From Candidatus Muiribacteriota bacterium (lineage in GTDB: Bacteria > Muiribacteriota > Muiribacteriia > Muiribacteriales > Muiribacteriaceae), in assembly GCA_051747805.1 (NCBI GenBank), contig JBNJGP010000063.1:1-15496 (forward strand): a stretch of 15,496 bases of DNA, in the 5' to 3' direction. This document shows positions 7,684 through 15,496 of this stretch, one piece after another. The notes beneath the pieces were generated by a model. The model was not told where the DNA came from. It searched no databases and saw only the letters and a list, made by a program, of their open reading frames with translations. Position numbers and translations under genes: made by a program. The first letter of the stretch is position 1. Every line of letters begins with the position of its first letter.

Positions 7684-7712
7684 AGGATAATATTAATTGA
7701 ATAATTTCGCAA
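7684..7712 (-). promoter_or_regulatory. Candidate sigma70 promoter giving a leaderless TPR-CSD transcript
   Basis: On -: TTGCGA (7712-7707), 17 bp, TATCCT (7689-7684), 7 nt, ATG (7676). No Shine-Dalgarno sequence upstream of either candidate start. Confidence 0.5.
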
Positions 7713-7778
7713 GTATGAAAAGTAGTAATTTTAATTAATTTTCCAAAAAACAGAATTGTTGTATAAGATGAAATTCAG

Positions 7779-7807
7779 TTGAATTAAACAGAAAACTAAT
7801 ATAAACT
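7779..7807 (+). promoter_or_regulatory. Candidate sigma70 promoter for the pdxJ operon
   Basis: TTGAAT (7779-7784), 17 bp, TAAACT (7802-7807). The AT-rich context raises the chance of a false positive. Confidence 0.45.
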
Positions 7808-7852
7808 GAGAACAAAATAAAGGAAGTTTAGATAAGTGTAAAGGAGGAATAA

Positions 7853-8569
7853 ATGCTTCTTGGAGTAAATATTGACCATATAGCAACACTTAGAAATGCC
7901 AGAGGTGAAAATAATCCTTCTCTTGAGGCTGGAGCCTTAATATGTGAACTTTCGGGGGCTGATGGAATTACCGTTCATCTTAGAGAGGACAGACGGCATA
8001 TAAAAGATAGAGACCTTTACAGTTTAAAAAATATATTAAAAATTCCGGTTAATCTGGAAATGGCTCTTAATGAGCAAATACTGGACCATGCTTTAAAAGT
8101 AAAACCCAGGTTATGTACACTTGTTCCTGAAAAAAGGGAAGAAGTAACAACTGAAGGAGGACTTGATATAAAAAAATTTTTTGATAAAACCAAAAATATT
8201 AAAAGCACATTAGAAAAAAATAATATTAAAACCAGTTTATTTATAGAGGCTGAATTTAACTTCGAAAAAGAACTAAAAGAAATTTCACCAGAATTCGTTG
8301 AAATACATACAGGACATTATTCACAGATATTTTATGATGAGAAAAAAAGAAAAGAAGAAGTTGAGAAAATAAAGAAATTCGCCCAATTATTAAATAGGCT
8401 GGGGATAAGGGTGAGTGCGGGACATGGACTAAATTATAATAATGTTCAAGATATAGCGGCAATTGAATATATTGAGGAGTTAAATATAGGACATGCTATT
8501 ATTTCAAAGTCTGTATTTAGTGGACTTGAAAATGCAGTCAGAGAAATGAAAGATTTAATTAAAATATAA
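7853..8569 (+). CDS. pdxJ: Pyridoxine 5'-phosphate synthase
   Basis: LGVNIDHIATLRNAR, GITVHLREDRRHI, NLEMA, LVPEKREEVTTEGGLD, EIHTG, AGHGL, ELNIGH; AAGGAGG RBS at 7841-7847. Confidence 0.98.
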   Translation: MLLGVNIDHIATLRNARGENNPSLEAGALICELSGADGITVHLREDRRHIKDRDLYSLKNILKIPVNLEMALNEQILDHALKVKPRLCTLVPEKREEVTTEGGLDIKKFFDKTKNIKSTLEKNNIKTSLFIEAEFNFEKELKEISPEFVEIHTGHYSQIFYDEKKRKEEVEKIKKFAQLLNRLGIRVSAGHGLNYNNVQDIAAIEYIEELNIGHAIISKSVFSGLENAVREMKDLIKI

Positions 8570-8582
8570 TCCGGGGGAAAAA

Positions 8583-10403
8583 ATGTGTGGAATTGTTGGA
8601 TATATTGGTGATAAAAATTGTCAGAATATTTTGCTTGAGGGATTAAAAAAGCTGGAATACCGCGGATATGATTCGGCTGGTATTGCCCTGATAGATAAAA
8701 GTCATAATATAATACTTGAAAAAAAACTTGGTAAACTTCAGAATTTAATAGAAGCTTTTAAAAATAAAAACATACAGTCAACTATAGGGGTGGGACATAC
8801 TAGATGGGCAACACATGGAAAACCCTCTGTGAAAAATGCACATCCTCATCTTGACTGTCATGAGCGTTTTGTTCTTGTTCACAATGGTATTATTGAGAAT
8901 TATTCTGAGCTTAAAGATGAGCTTCTTCAAAACGGTCATGATTTTAAATCGGATACTGATACTGAGGTGATTGTACATCTTCTGGAAGAAAACTTCAAAG
9001 ATGATATACTGACCGCGGTAGGTAAAACAATTAGTCAAATTGACGGTGCCTATGCAATTGTTGTAATGGATAGAAAAAATCCTGATACTTTAATAGTGGC
9101 CAGACATGGTTCTCCCGTTGTTGTTGGTGATTGTGAAAATGAAAAATTCTTAGCTTCAGATATACCAGCAATATTGAATTTCACAAGAAGTTTTTATTTA
9201 TTAGAAGATAGAGAAATTGCAAAACTAAAAAAAGATTCACTGCAATTTTTTGACTATAATGTTAACAGAATAGAAAAAATACCAATGCAGATAAACTGGG
9301 ATCCTTTGATGGCAGAAAAGGCTGGATACGATCATTTTATGCTTAAAGAAATATATGAGCAGCCCAGGGCGCTTAGAGAAACTCTTTCTGCCAAAGTTAG
9401 AAAAAAAGAATTTTTTATAGAGGACGTTAAATTAGATAAAAACAAACTGTGTGAGCTTACAAAAATTAACCTGGTTGCTTGCGGAACTTCATATCATGCT
9501 TGTCTGATAGGTAAGTTTGTTTTTGAAAAAATACTTAGAATACCTGTAGATGTAGATTATGCCTCAGAATTTAGATATCGTGAGCCTATAATAGATGAAA
9601 AATCAGTTGTTCTAGTTGTTTCTCAATCCGGGGAGACTCTGGATACTCTGGAAGCTCTTAGAATGGCCCGCAGAAAGGGTGCCTATACTGTTGCCGTGGT
9701 AAATGTGTTTGGGTCAACCATGAGTAGAGAGGCAGATGATGTAATATATACAATAGCCGGACCTGAAATAGGAGTCGCCTCTACTAAAGCTTTTACCTCA
9801 CAACTGATGACACTTTATTCTCTTGCATTCTTTATGGCAAAAAAACTTGGACTTCCAACAGATTTTGAGCATAATATAAAAGTTCTGAAATCTCTTAGCC
9901 CAATGCTGGAAACAATACTTGATGATAATGAAATATATCACGATATTGCGGTTAAATACCATAAGGCCACAGATTTCCTTTTTTTAGGAAGAGGAATTAA
10001 TTATCCAGTTGCATTAGAAGGAGCTTTAAAATTAAAAGAAATAAGCTATATTCATGCGGAGGGCTATCCGGCCGGAGAAATGAAACACGGTCCTATTGCA
10101 CTTGTTGAAAATGAGGTTCCAAGCGTATTTATTGCAAATCAGAGTTTTTTGTATAAAAAAATACTTTCCAATATGCAGGAAATCTGTGCACGTGATGGTA
10201 TAGTAATTGGCATTGCCACCCATGGAGACGAGCTTATCAAAAAGGTTGCGACAGATGTGATATATATTCCCGAGGTTGAGGAATTTTTCTCTCCTATACT
10301 GACAGTTGTACCAACACAGCTTATCGCCTATTATATTGCCAGGAAAAGAGGAGTAGATATTGATAAGCCTAGAAATCTGGCAAAAAGCGTAACTGTGGAG
10401 TAA
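8583..10403 (+). CDS. glmS: Glutamine--fructose-6-phosphate aminotransferase (isomerizing)
   Basis: MCGIVG N-terminal nucleophile Cys, LEYRGYDSAG, GHTRWATHG, HNGIIEN, SQSGETLDT, EGALKLKE, C-terminal PRNLAKSVTVE. Confidence 0.99.
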   Translation: MCGIVGYIGDKNCQNILLEGLKKLEYRGYDSAGIALIDKSHNIILEKKLGKLQNLIEAFKNKNIQSTIGVGHTRWATHGKPSVKNAHPHLDCHERFVLVHNGIIENYSELKDELLQNGHDFKSDTDTEVIVHLLEENFKDDILTAVGKTISQIDGAYAIVVMDRKNPDTLIVARHGSPVVVGDCENEKFLASDIPAILNFTRSFYLLEDREIAKLKKDSLQFFDYNVNRIEKIPMQINWDPLMAEKAGYDHFMLKEIYEQPRALRETLSAKVRKKEFFIEDVKLDKNKLCELTKINLVACGTSYHACLIGKFVFEKILRIPVDVDYASEFRYREPIIDEKSVVLVVSQSGETLDTLEALRMARRKGAYTVAVVNVFGSTMSREADDVIYTIAGPEIGVASTKAFTSQLMTLYSLAFFMAKKLGLPTDFEHNIKVLKSLSPMLETILDDNEIYHDIAVKYHKATDFLFLGRGINYPVALEGALKLKEISYIHAEGYPAGEMKHGPIALVENEVPSVFIANQSFLYKKILSNMQEICARDGIVIGIATHGDELIKKVATDVIYIPEVEEFFSPILTVVPTQLIAYYIARKRGVDIDKPRNLAKSVTVE

Positions 10404-10405
10404 AT

Positions 10406-11803
10406 ATGTTAAGTCAGAAATTAGAAGTTAAGCTGAAACAGGAACAGAAGCTTACTCAGAAATTGATTCAGAAACTTGAGTTAATTCCATTAAACAGTAC
10501 AGAGCTTGATAATCTTATTGAAAATGAGCAGATGATCAATGATTTCATAGAGGTGACCCCGAAAGAAAATATTTCAGAAAATAGAAAAGATGATAATGAA
10601 GAAATTGAGCCTGGACTCGATATTGAAAAAGAAGTTCTATACTCTCAGAATGACTGGGAAAGTTTAAAAAAATCAAAGAGAAAAAAGTTTGAGGGAAAAA
10701 CCAGTTTTCTTGAAAATATTCCCGAGAAATCAGAAAAGGATTTCAGGGATTATTTAAAAGATGAAATAATAATATATGATTTTTCTGAAATAGAAAAAGA
10801 GATTGCAGATTATATTATTGAAATGCTTGATTCAAAAGGTTATTTAAAATATTATCCCGAGGTTCTGGCACAGCTTTTAACAAAAAGAGGAGACGTTTTA
10901 AAAGAGAAAGAAGAAGAAGTAAAAAAAATCATCAAAATTATTCAGAATATTGGAAGAGGAGGATTTGCCACTTTTGACCTCAAAGAGTATTTTATTTTTC
11001 AGTATAATCAGAAAAAATTAAAAAATACAGTATTAAAAAAAATTATAGAAGAACATATAGAGAATTTTTCTAAAAATAAAATTAAGGTCATTATAAATAA
11101 ATTAAATATTAACTACGAAAGACTTCAGGAAGAAATAAAATATATTAAAAATAATTTTTATCCTTACCCAGCCTGGGGATTTGCGGATAAAGAAGTTGAG
11201 TATATAAAACCTGATGCAACAATTTGCGAGGATGGCACAATAATTATTCATGGCAAATATAAAAAAATAAATATAATGAATGAAAAAGATTTTGAAAATT
11301 ATTTAAATAAAGTGAAAGATAAAAAGAGTCGTAATTTTTTAAAAAAACAATATGAAAAAGCAAAAGAGCTTGCCTCTAATTTTAATTCAAGAAATCAGCT
11401 GCTTGAAAATATTTTAAAAATAGTTTATGAAAGACAGAATAATTTTTTCAGAGGAGGCTCTTTAAAGGCCCTTACTCAAACCGAAGTTGCCCATACCCTT
11501 AATGTCCATGTTTCAACAATTTCCCGTGGGGTTAACAGAAAGTATGTTAGAATTCCATCCGGGATAATGGAAATTGCAGATTTTTTTGTTAATATTTCAA
11601 CAGGAGAAACTTCAAAAGACGAGGCAATGAATTTTATAAAAAAAATTATAAATAATGAAAATCCAAAAAAACCTTTAAGCGATGATGGAATTGCCAGAAA
11701 ACTTTCTAAAGATTATAATGTAGATATAAAAAGAAGAACTGTTACTAAATATAGAGAGAAGTTAAATATTGGTTCTTCAAGGCAGCGGAAAAGATTTAAT
11801 TAA
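10406..11803 (+). CDS. rpoN: RNA polymerase sigma-54 factor
   Basis: Gln/Leu-rich region I (QKLEVKLKQEQKLTQKLIQ), LDSKGYL, HTH LTQTEVAHTLNVHVSTISRGVNRKY, ENPKKPLSD, RpoN box variant KRRTVTKYRE; GGAG RBS at 10397-10400 inside the end of glmS. Confidence 0.96.
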   Translation: MLSQKLEVKLKQEQKLTQKLIQKLELIPLNSTELDNLIENEQMINDFIEVTPKENISENRKDDNEEIEPGLDIEKEVLYSQNDWESLKKSKRKKFEGKTSFLENIPEKSEKDFRDYLKDEIIIYDFSEIEKEIADYIIEMLDSKGYLKYYPEVLAQLLTKRGDVLKEKEEEVKKIIKIIQNIGRGGFATFDLKEYFIFQYNQKKLKNTVLKKIIEEHIENFSKNKIKVIINKLNINYERLQEEIKYIKNNFYPYPAWGFADKEVEYIKPDATICEDGTIIIHGKYKKINIMNEKDFENYLNKVKDKKSRNFLKKQYEKAKELASNFNSRNQLLENILKIVYERQNNFFRGGSLKALTQTEVAHTLNVHVSTISRGVNRKYVRIPSGIMEIADFFVNISTGETSKDEAMNFIKKIINNENPKKPLSDDGIARKLSKDYNVDIKRRTVTKYREKLNIGSSRQRKRFN

Positions 11804-11815
11804 AAGGATTTAATA

Positions 11816-12250
11816 ATGCAGAAAAAAACAGAAACCATAGATGCGGCCAGAGAATTTGTTAACCAGGTTTATCAGAAGTTTAAGGATAAAACTAATATAT
11901 TTCTTTTTTCCGGTGAGCTTGGAGCTGGAAAAACTCTTTATATCTCCTATATTTTAAAAAAAAATTATAATATAAAAGATGTGGCTTCGCCAACCTACAC
12001 TATAGTTAATACATATAAAGTTGGTGAAGAAGAGAAGCTTCACGCGGATTTGTATAGACTGGAATCTGAAGAAGAAATTTTTGAGTCTGGTATTCCAGAT
12101 TTAATAAAGCAGAAATTTGAAATATTTATAGAATGGCCCGATGATTTTATTGAATTTTTTTCACTTTTTAATTATATTCATTTTAACATCAGCCAGAGTT
12201 CAAAAAATGGGGAGCGGATAATTGAAATACAAAAACATTTTATACATTGA
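11816..12250 (+). CDS. tsaE: t6A biosynthesis ATPase TsaE
   Basis: Walker A GELGAGKT, VASPTYTIV, HADLYRL, IEWP; adjacent to tsaB and tsaD. Confidence 0.95.
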   Translation: MQKKTETIDAAREFVNQVYQKFKDKTNIFLFSGELGAGKTLYISYILKKNYNIKDVASPTYTIVNTYKVGEEEKLHADLYRLESEEEIFESGIPDLIKQKFEIFIEWPDDFIEFFSLFNYIHFNISQSSKNGERIIEIQKHFIH

Positions 12251-12605
12251 TACAACAGAACCTGAAGGGTTAGCTGCCCTTTATAAAAATAATAAATTAA
12301 CAAAAAGATTTTTTGATAAAAAGCATCATTCAGAAATTTTATTAGAAAATATTTATGCCCTTCTACAAGAAAATAACTTAAAACTTGAAGATATATCTGC
12401 TTTTTGTGCCAATAAAGGCCCGGGTAGGTTTACAGGTACCCGTATCGGAGTATTAACAGCCTCTGTTTTTGCCTTTATTATGAAAAAAGATTATATTCCA
12501 CTAAAAAATGATGATAAAATTGAAAATATAGCAGAAATTATAAAAAAACGTCAGCCTGAGACAAAATTGCAGGCACTTTATAATAGAAGCTCCTATTTTG
12601 AATAA
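12222..12605 (+). CDS. tsaB: t6A biosynthesis protein TsaB, short form (127 aa)
   Basis: LYIDTT, HSEILL, GPGRFTGTRIG (canonical GPGSFTGLRIG); lies between tsaE and tsaD; TTG start with GGGGAG at 12209-12214; 29-nt overlap with tsaE. Confidence 0.88.
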   Translation: MKYKNILYIDTTEPEGLAALYKNNKLTKRFFDKKHHSEILLENIYALLQENNLKLEDISAFCANKGPGRFTGTRIGVLTASVFAFIMKKDYIPLKNDDKIENIAEIIKKRQPETKLQALYNRSSYFE

Positions 12606-12617
12606 GAGAGGAATTAT

Positions 12618-13634
12618 ATGATACTTACAATAGAAACTTCATGCGATGATACTTCTGTAGCTCTGGTTAACCCTAAAGACGGGGAGTTGCTTGATGTATT
12701 AAGTGTAAGTCAGTTGATTCATTCAGATTATGGTGGAGTAGTACCTGAACTTGCGTCAAGAAAACATTTTTCAAATATTATGCCTCTTTTGAAAACAATT
12801 CTAAAAAACAATAATCTTGAATTAGATAATATTTCTTATATTGCAGTTACTTACACACCTGGATTGCTGGGTTCGCTTCTAGTTGGTGTAACTGCGGCTA
12901 AATCCCTTGCCTTCAGTCTTGGAGTGCCTTTAATTCCGGTTCATCATATGGAAGGCCATTTAATGAGTGTTTTTATTGAAAATAGTGTACCAGAGTTTCC
13001 TTTTATGTCCCTTGTGATTTCTGGCGGGCACACTTTTATTACAATTATAAAAGATTTTCATAAGTATGAGATTATAGGAGAAACGCTTGATGATTCTGCA
13101 GGGGAGGCTTTTGATAAAACTGCCAGAGTGCTTGGACTTCCCTATCCGGGAGGCCCTCATATTGAAAAAGAAGCTTTGAAAGCATTTGAAAATGCGGATA
13201 TACCAGAATTTCCAAAACCAATGTCAAAAAGTGGTGATTTAAATTTTTCTTTCAGCGGCCTAAAAACTGCCGTGAAAATATATAGAAAAAAAAATCCAGA
13301 GGTTGTGCCCGCAATTATAGCTAAAGGTTTTCAGGAAGCAGTAGCCTCTCTTCTTCAGATAAAACTTAATAAAGCTTTATTAAAATATAAAGTTAAATTT
13401 TTAACAATCACGGGGGGAGTTGCAGCCAATAAATTTATCTGTGATAAATTGAAAAATGAATTAAACTGCAATATATTAATCCCTTCAAAAAAATACTGTA
13501 CAGATAATGCTGGTATGATTGGTAAGGCTGCCTATTACAGATTAAAAAATAATTTTAATGTGCTCAAAGACAAAAAATATTTTTCTCTTAATCCAATTGC
13601 CAGTATGAGAATAAATGAGGAGAAACAGTTTTGA
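12618..13634 (+). CDS. tsaD: tRNA N6-adenosine threonylcarbamoyltransferase TsaD
   Basis: IETSCDDT, GGVVPELASRKH, HHMEGH metal site, VISGGHT, GETLDDSAGEAFDK, FSFSGLKT, CTDNAGMIG. Confidence 0.98.
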   Translation: MILTIETSCDDTSVALVNPKDGELLDVLSVSQLIHSDYGGVVPELASRKHFSNIMPLLKTILKNNNLELDNISYIAVTYTPGLLGSLLVGVTAAKSLAFSLGVPLIPVHHMEGHLMSVFIENSVPEFPFMSLVISGGHTFITIIKDFHKYEIIGETLDDSAGEAFDKTARVLGLPYPGGPHIEKEALKAFENADIPEFPKPMSKSGDLNFSFSGLKTAVKIYRKKNPEVVPAIIAKGFQEAVASLLQIKLNKALLKYKVKFLTITGGVAANKFICDKLKNELNCNILIPSKKYCTDNAGMIGKAAYYRLKNNFNVLKDKKYFSLNPIASMRINEEKQF

Positions 13635-15409
13635 TTTTAAAACTTCCTGAAGAAATAAGTGCAAAAATTGCCGCTGGCGAGGTTATTCATAAACCGCATT
13701 CTGTAGTTAAAGAACTTGTTGAAAACTCTATTGATGCCGGGGCTGATAAAATTGATATTGAAATTAAAGATGGTGGCAAAAAACAGATAACTGTTACAGA
13801 TAATGGGTCTGGAATGAGTATGGAGGAGCTCAAAATTTGTTTTCATAAGTATACTACTTCCAAAATATCCAAACTTGATGACCTTGAAAAAATTAATACG
13901 CTGGGCTTTCGTGGAGAAGCCCTTCACTCTATTTCAGCAGTTTCAAGAATGGAAATATCTACCAGAGAAAAAAAATATGCATATGGTTATAAGGCAAAAA
14001 TTGATGGTTTTAAAATAAAGAAGTTACAGAAAACTGCAAAAAACTGCGGCACTAAAATTGATGTTAAAAATCTTTTTTTTAATCTTCCTGTCAGACTCAA
14101 ATTCCTGAAAAATTCTGCTGCTGAGGCAAGGAGAATTTCTGAGGTGGTAATTCGATATATTCTGGCTTTTCCAAATATAAAATTTAAATTTATAAGTAAT
14201 AACAAAGAAATTTTTAATACTCCCGGAAACTCTGATATGCTTCAGGCAATTGGCGAAATTTATGGTAATCTTTATGTTAAAAATATGCTGTTTTTAAAAA
14301 AAGAAAGACCTGGTTTAAAGTTAGAAGGGTATATATCGAATCTGAATATTTCAAAATCAAATTCTAAATTTCAATATGTGTTTTTAAACGGTAGATATAT
14401 AAAAAATAATACAGTCTCATATGCTGTTGCGCAAAGTTACAGGGATTATTACAGAGATAAAAAATACCCGGTTTTTTTTCTTTGTCTATATGTTAATCCT
14501 GAAAGATTTGATGTGAATGTTCATCCTTCAAAAGAAGAGGTTAAATTTTTAAATGAGCAGGAAATATTCAGTTTTGTTTTTTCATCAGTTTCCACTCTTC
14601 TAAAAGAGGCTGTTAAAAGTTCAGATTATGATTTTTTGCAAAAAAAGAGTCAGCCTGTTAATAATTCTGAAAATGCTTCAGATTATTCTGAAGGCAAAAA
14701 CAAATATTTTCAAACCGGATTGAATGAAAAATCACCTGAATTTAAAAAAAATGTTCAAACAGAGTTAGCATTAGCTTTTAATGAAAAAAAAGAAAAAATA
14801 GAATCAGAGCAAAATAATTTTAAAAACAAATTTTCTTCTAAAAAAATACTTTCACAACTGAAAAACACCTTTATTCTGGTTGAAACCAATGAAGATTTAA
14901 TGATTATTGATCAGCATGTTGCCCATGAAAGAGTTCTTTATGAAAAATATATGACAAAATTATGTTCCAGTAATATAAATAGACAGAAAATCCTTTTTCC
15001 ATTAAATATTGAATTAAAACCTTATGAAGCTTCTATGCTTGAACAGAGGCTTCATATTTTTGAAAAACTGGGATTTCTGCTTGAAAAATTCGGAGAAACA
15101 ATGTTTGTTGTTAAGGAAATTCCTGCCTTTATGACAAAAATGGAAGATAATACTGTAAAAGATATAATTGATGAAATATTTACTTCTTCATATATAAAAA
15201 ATCATACTGACCTTCGTGAAGAAATAATAATAAATGCTTCATGTAAAAATGCAATTAAGGCAGGGACGCCATTGAGTTTTGAAGAGATGCAACTTCTTGT
15301 TGACAGCCTTTTTAAAACAGAAAATCCTTATGTTTGTCCTCATGGAAGACCAGTTATTGTTAAGTTTGACTTTAAATCATTATATTCAAAATTTGGGAGA
15401 AATCAGTGA
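13631..15409 (+). CDS. mutL: DNA mismatch repair protein MutL (endonuclease-type)
   Basis: IAAGEV, VKELVENSIDAGA, DNGSGM, LGFRGEAL, DVNVHPSK, C-terminal DQHVAHERVLYE, SCK and CPHGRP; TTG start with GAGGAG at 13617-13622; 4-nt overlap with tsaD. Confidence 0.98.
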   Translation: MILKLPEEISAKIAAGEVIHKPHSVVKELVENSIDAGADKIDIEIKDGGKKQITVTDNGSGMSMEELKICFHKYTTSKISKLDDLEKINTLGFRGEALHSISAVSRMEISTREKKYAYGYKAKIDGFKIKKLQKTAKNCGTKIDVKNLFFNLPVRLKFLKNSAAEARRISEVVIRYILAFPNIKFKFISNNKEIFNTPGNSDMLQAIGEIYGNLYVKNMLFLKKERPGLKLEGYISNLNISKSNSKFQYVFLNGRYIKNNTVSYAVAQSYRDYYRDKKYPVFFLCLYVNPERFDVNVHPSKEEVKFLNEQEIFSFVFSSVSTLLKEAVKSSDYDFLQKKSQPVNNSENASDYSEGKNKYFQTGLNEKSPEFKKNVQTELALAFNEKKEKIESEQNNFKNKFSSKKILSQLKNTFILVETNEDLMIIDQHVAHERVLYEKYMTKLCSSNINRQKILFPLNIELKPYEASMLEQRLHIFEKLGFLLEKFGETMFVVKEIPAFMTKMEDNTVKDIIDEIFTSSYIKNHTDLREEIIINASCKNAIKAGTPLSFEEMQLLVDSLFKTENPYVCPHGRPVIVKFDFKSLYSKFGRNQ

Positions 15410-15496
15410 GAGGCCGAGAAGAGCCGTGAGAGGCCGAGAAGAGCCGTGAGAGGTGAGAGGATAGGAGCCGATAGGAGCAGACAAAAGCCGATAGAA
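15406..15496. repeat. Purine-skewed 10/20-bp periodic tandem repeat running off the window end
   Basis: GTGAGAGGCCGAGAAGAGCC twice exactly (15406-15425, 15426-15445), partial copy 15446-15453, TGAGAGG duplication, then ATAGGAGCCG / ATAGGAGCAG / ACAAAAGCCG / ATAGAA. Confidence 0.9.

Noticed and set aside
8570..8582. glmS ribozyme
   Set aside because: Only 13 nt separate pdxJ and glmS, and no ribozyme core is recognisable upstream of pdxJ either.
8017..10223. Short antisense ORFs 8017-8208, 8256-8462, 8778-9038, 10032-10223
   Set aside because: All lie within conserved pdxJ or glmS and show no recognisable motifs.
10866..10880. Sigma54 promoter TGGCACAGCTTTTAA inside rpoN
   Set aside because: The -24 box matches, but the essential -12 GC is replaced by AA, and the site is intragenic.
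12222..12605. tsaB as a pseudogene
   Set aside because: It has an RBS, an open frame and a C-terminal-like tail, with no remnant sequence before tsaD; treated as a short form.
12960..14205. Short antisense ORFs 12960-13160, 13637-13927, 13987-14205
   Set aside because: Shadows of tsaD and mutL with no independent coding evidence.
15406..15496. CRISPR array or intrinsic terminator after mutL
   Set aside because: No unique spacers; the purine-rich strand forms no stable hairpin and has no U-tract.

Overview
AT-rich bacterial chromosomal window, mostly housekeeping genes. On the + strand: tyrS, a lipoprotein, a HEAT-repeat protein, a protein with two Myb/SANT-like HTH repeats and a PcrA/UvrD-type Tudor-like C-terminus, a secreted protein with two CarboxypepD_reg-like domains, and an SLH surface protein. 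On the - strand, convergent with these: a TPR protein carrying three cold-shock domains. Then a tightly packed pdxJ-glmS-rpoN-tsaE-tsaB(short)-tsaD-mutL run. No mobile element, CRISPR array, tRNA or rRNA is visible. The most unusual signals are non-coding and lie near the window edges. (i) At 1-69, three different perfect hairpins are separated by an invariant TTTACT (AGTAAA on -) linker, suggesting a structured RNA array that probably continues left of the window. (ii) The tyrS leader holds a hairpin displaying the tRNA-Tyr anticodon-loop sequence UGUAAA. (iii) A purine-skewed 10/20-bp periodic repeat starts at the mutL stop codon. All family calls come from motif recognition by eye; no searches or folding programs were run.
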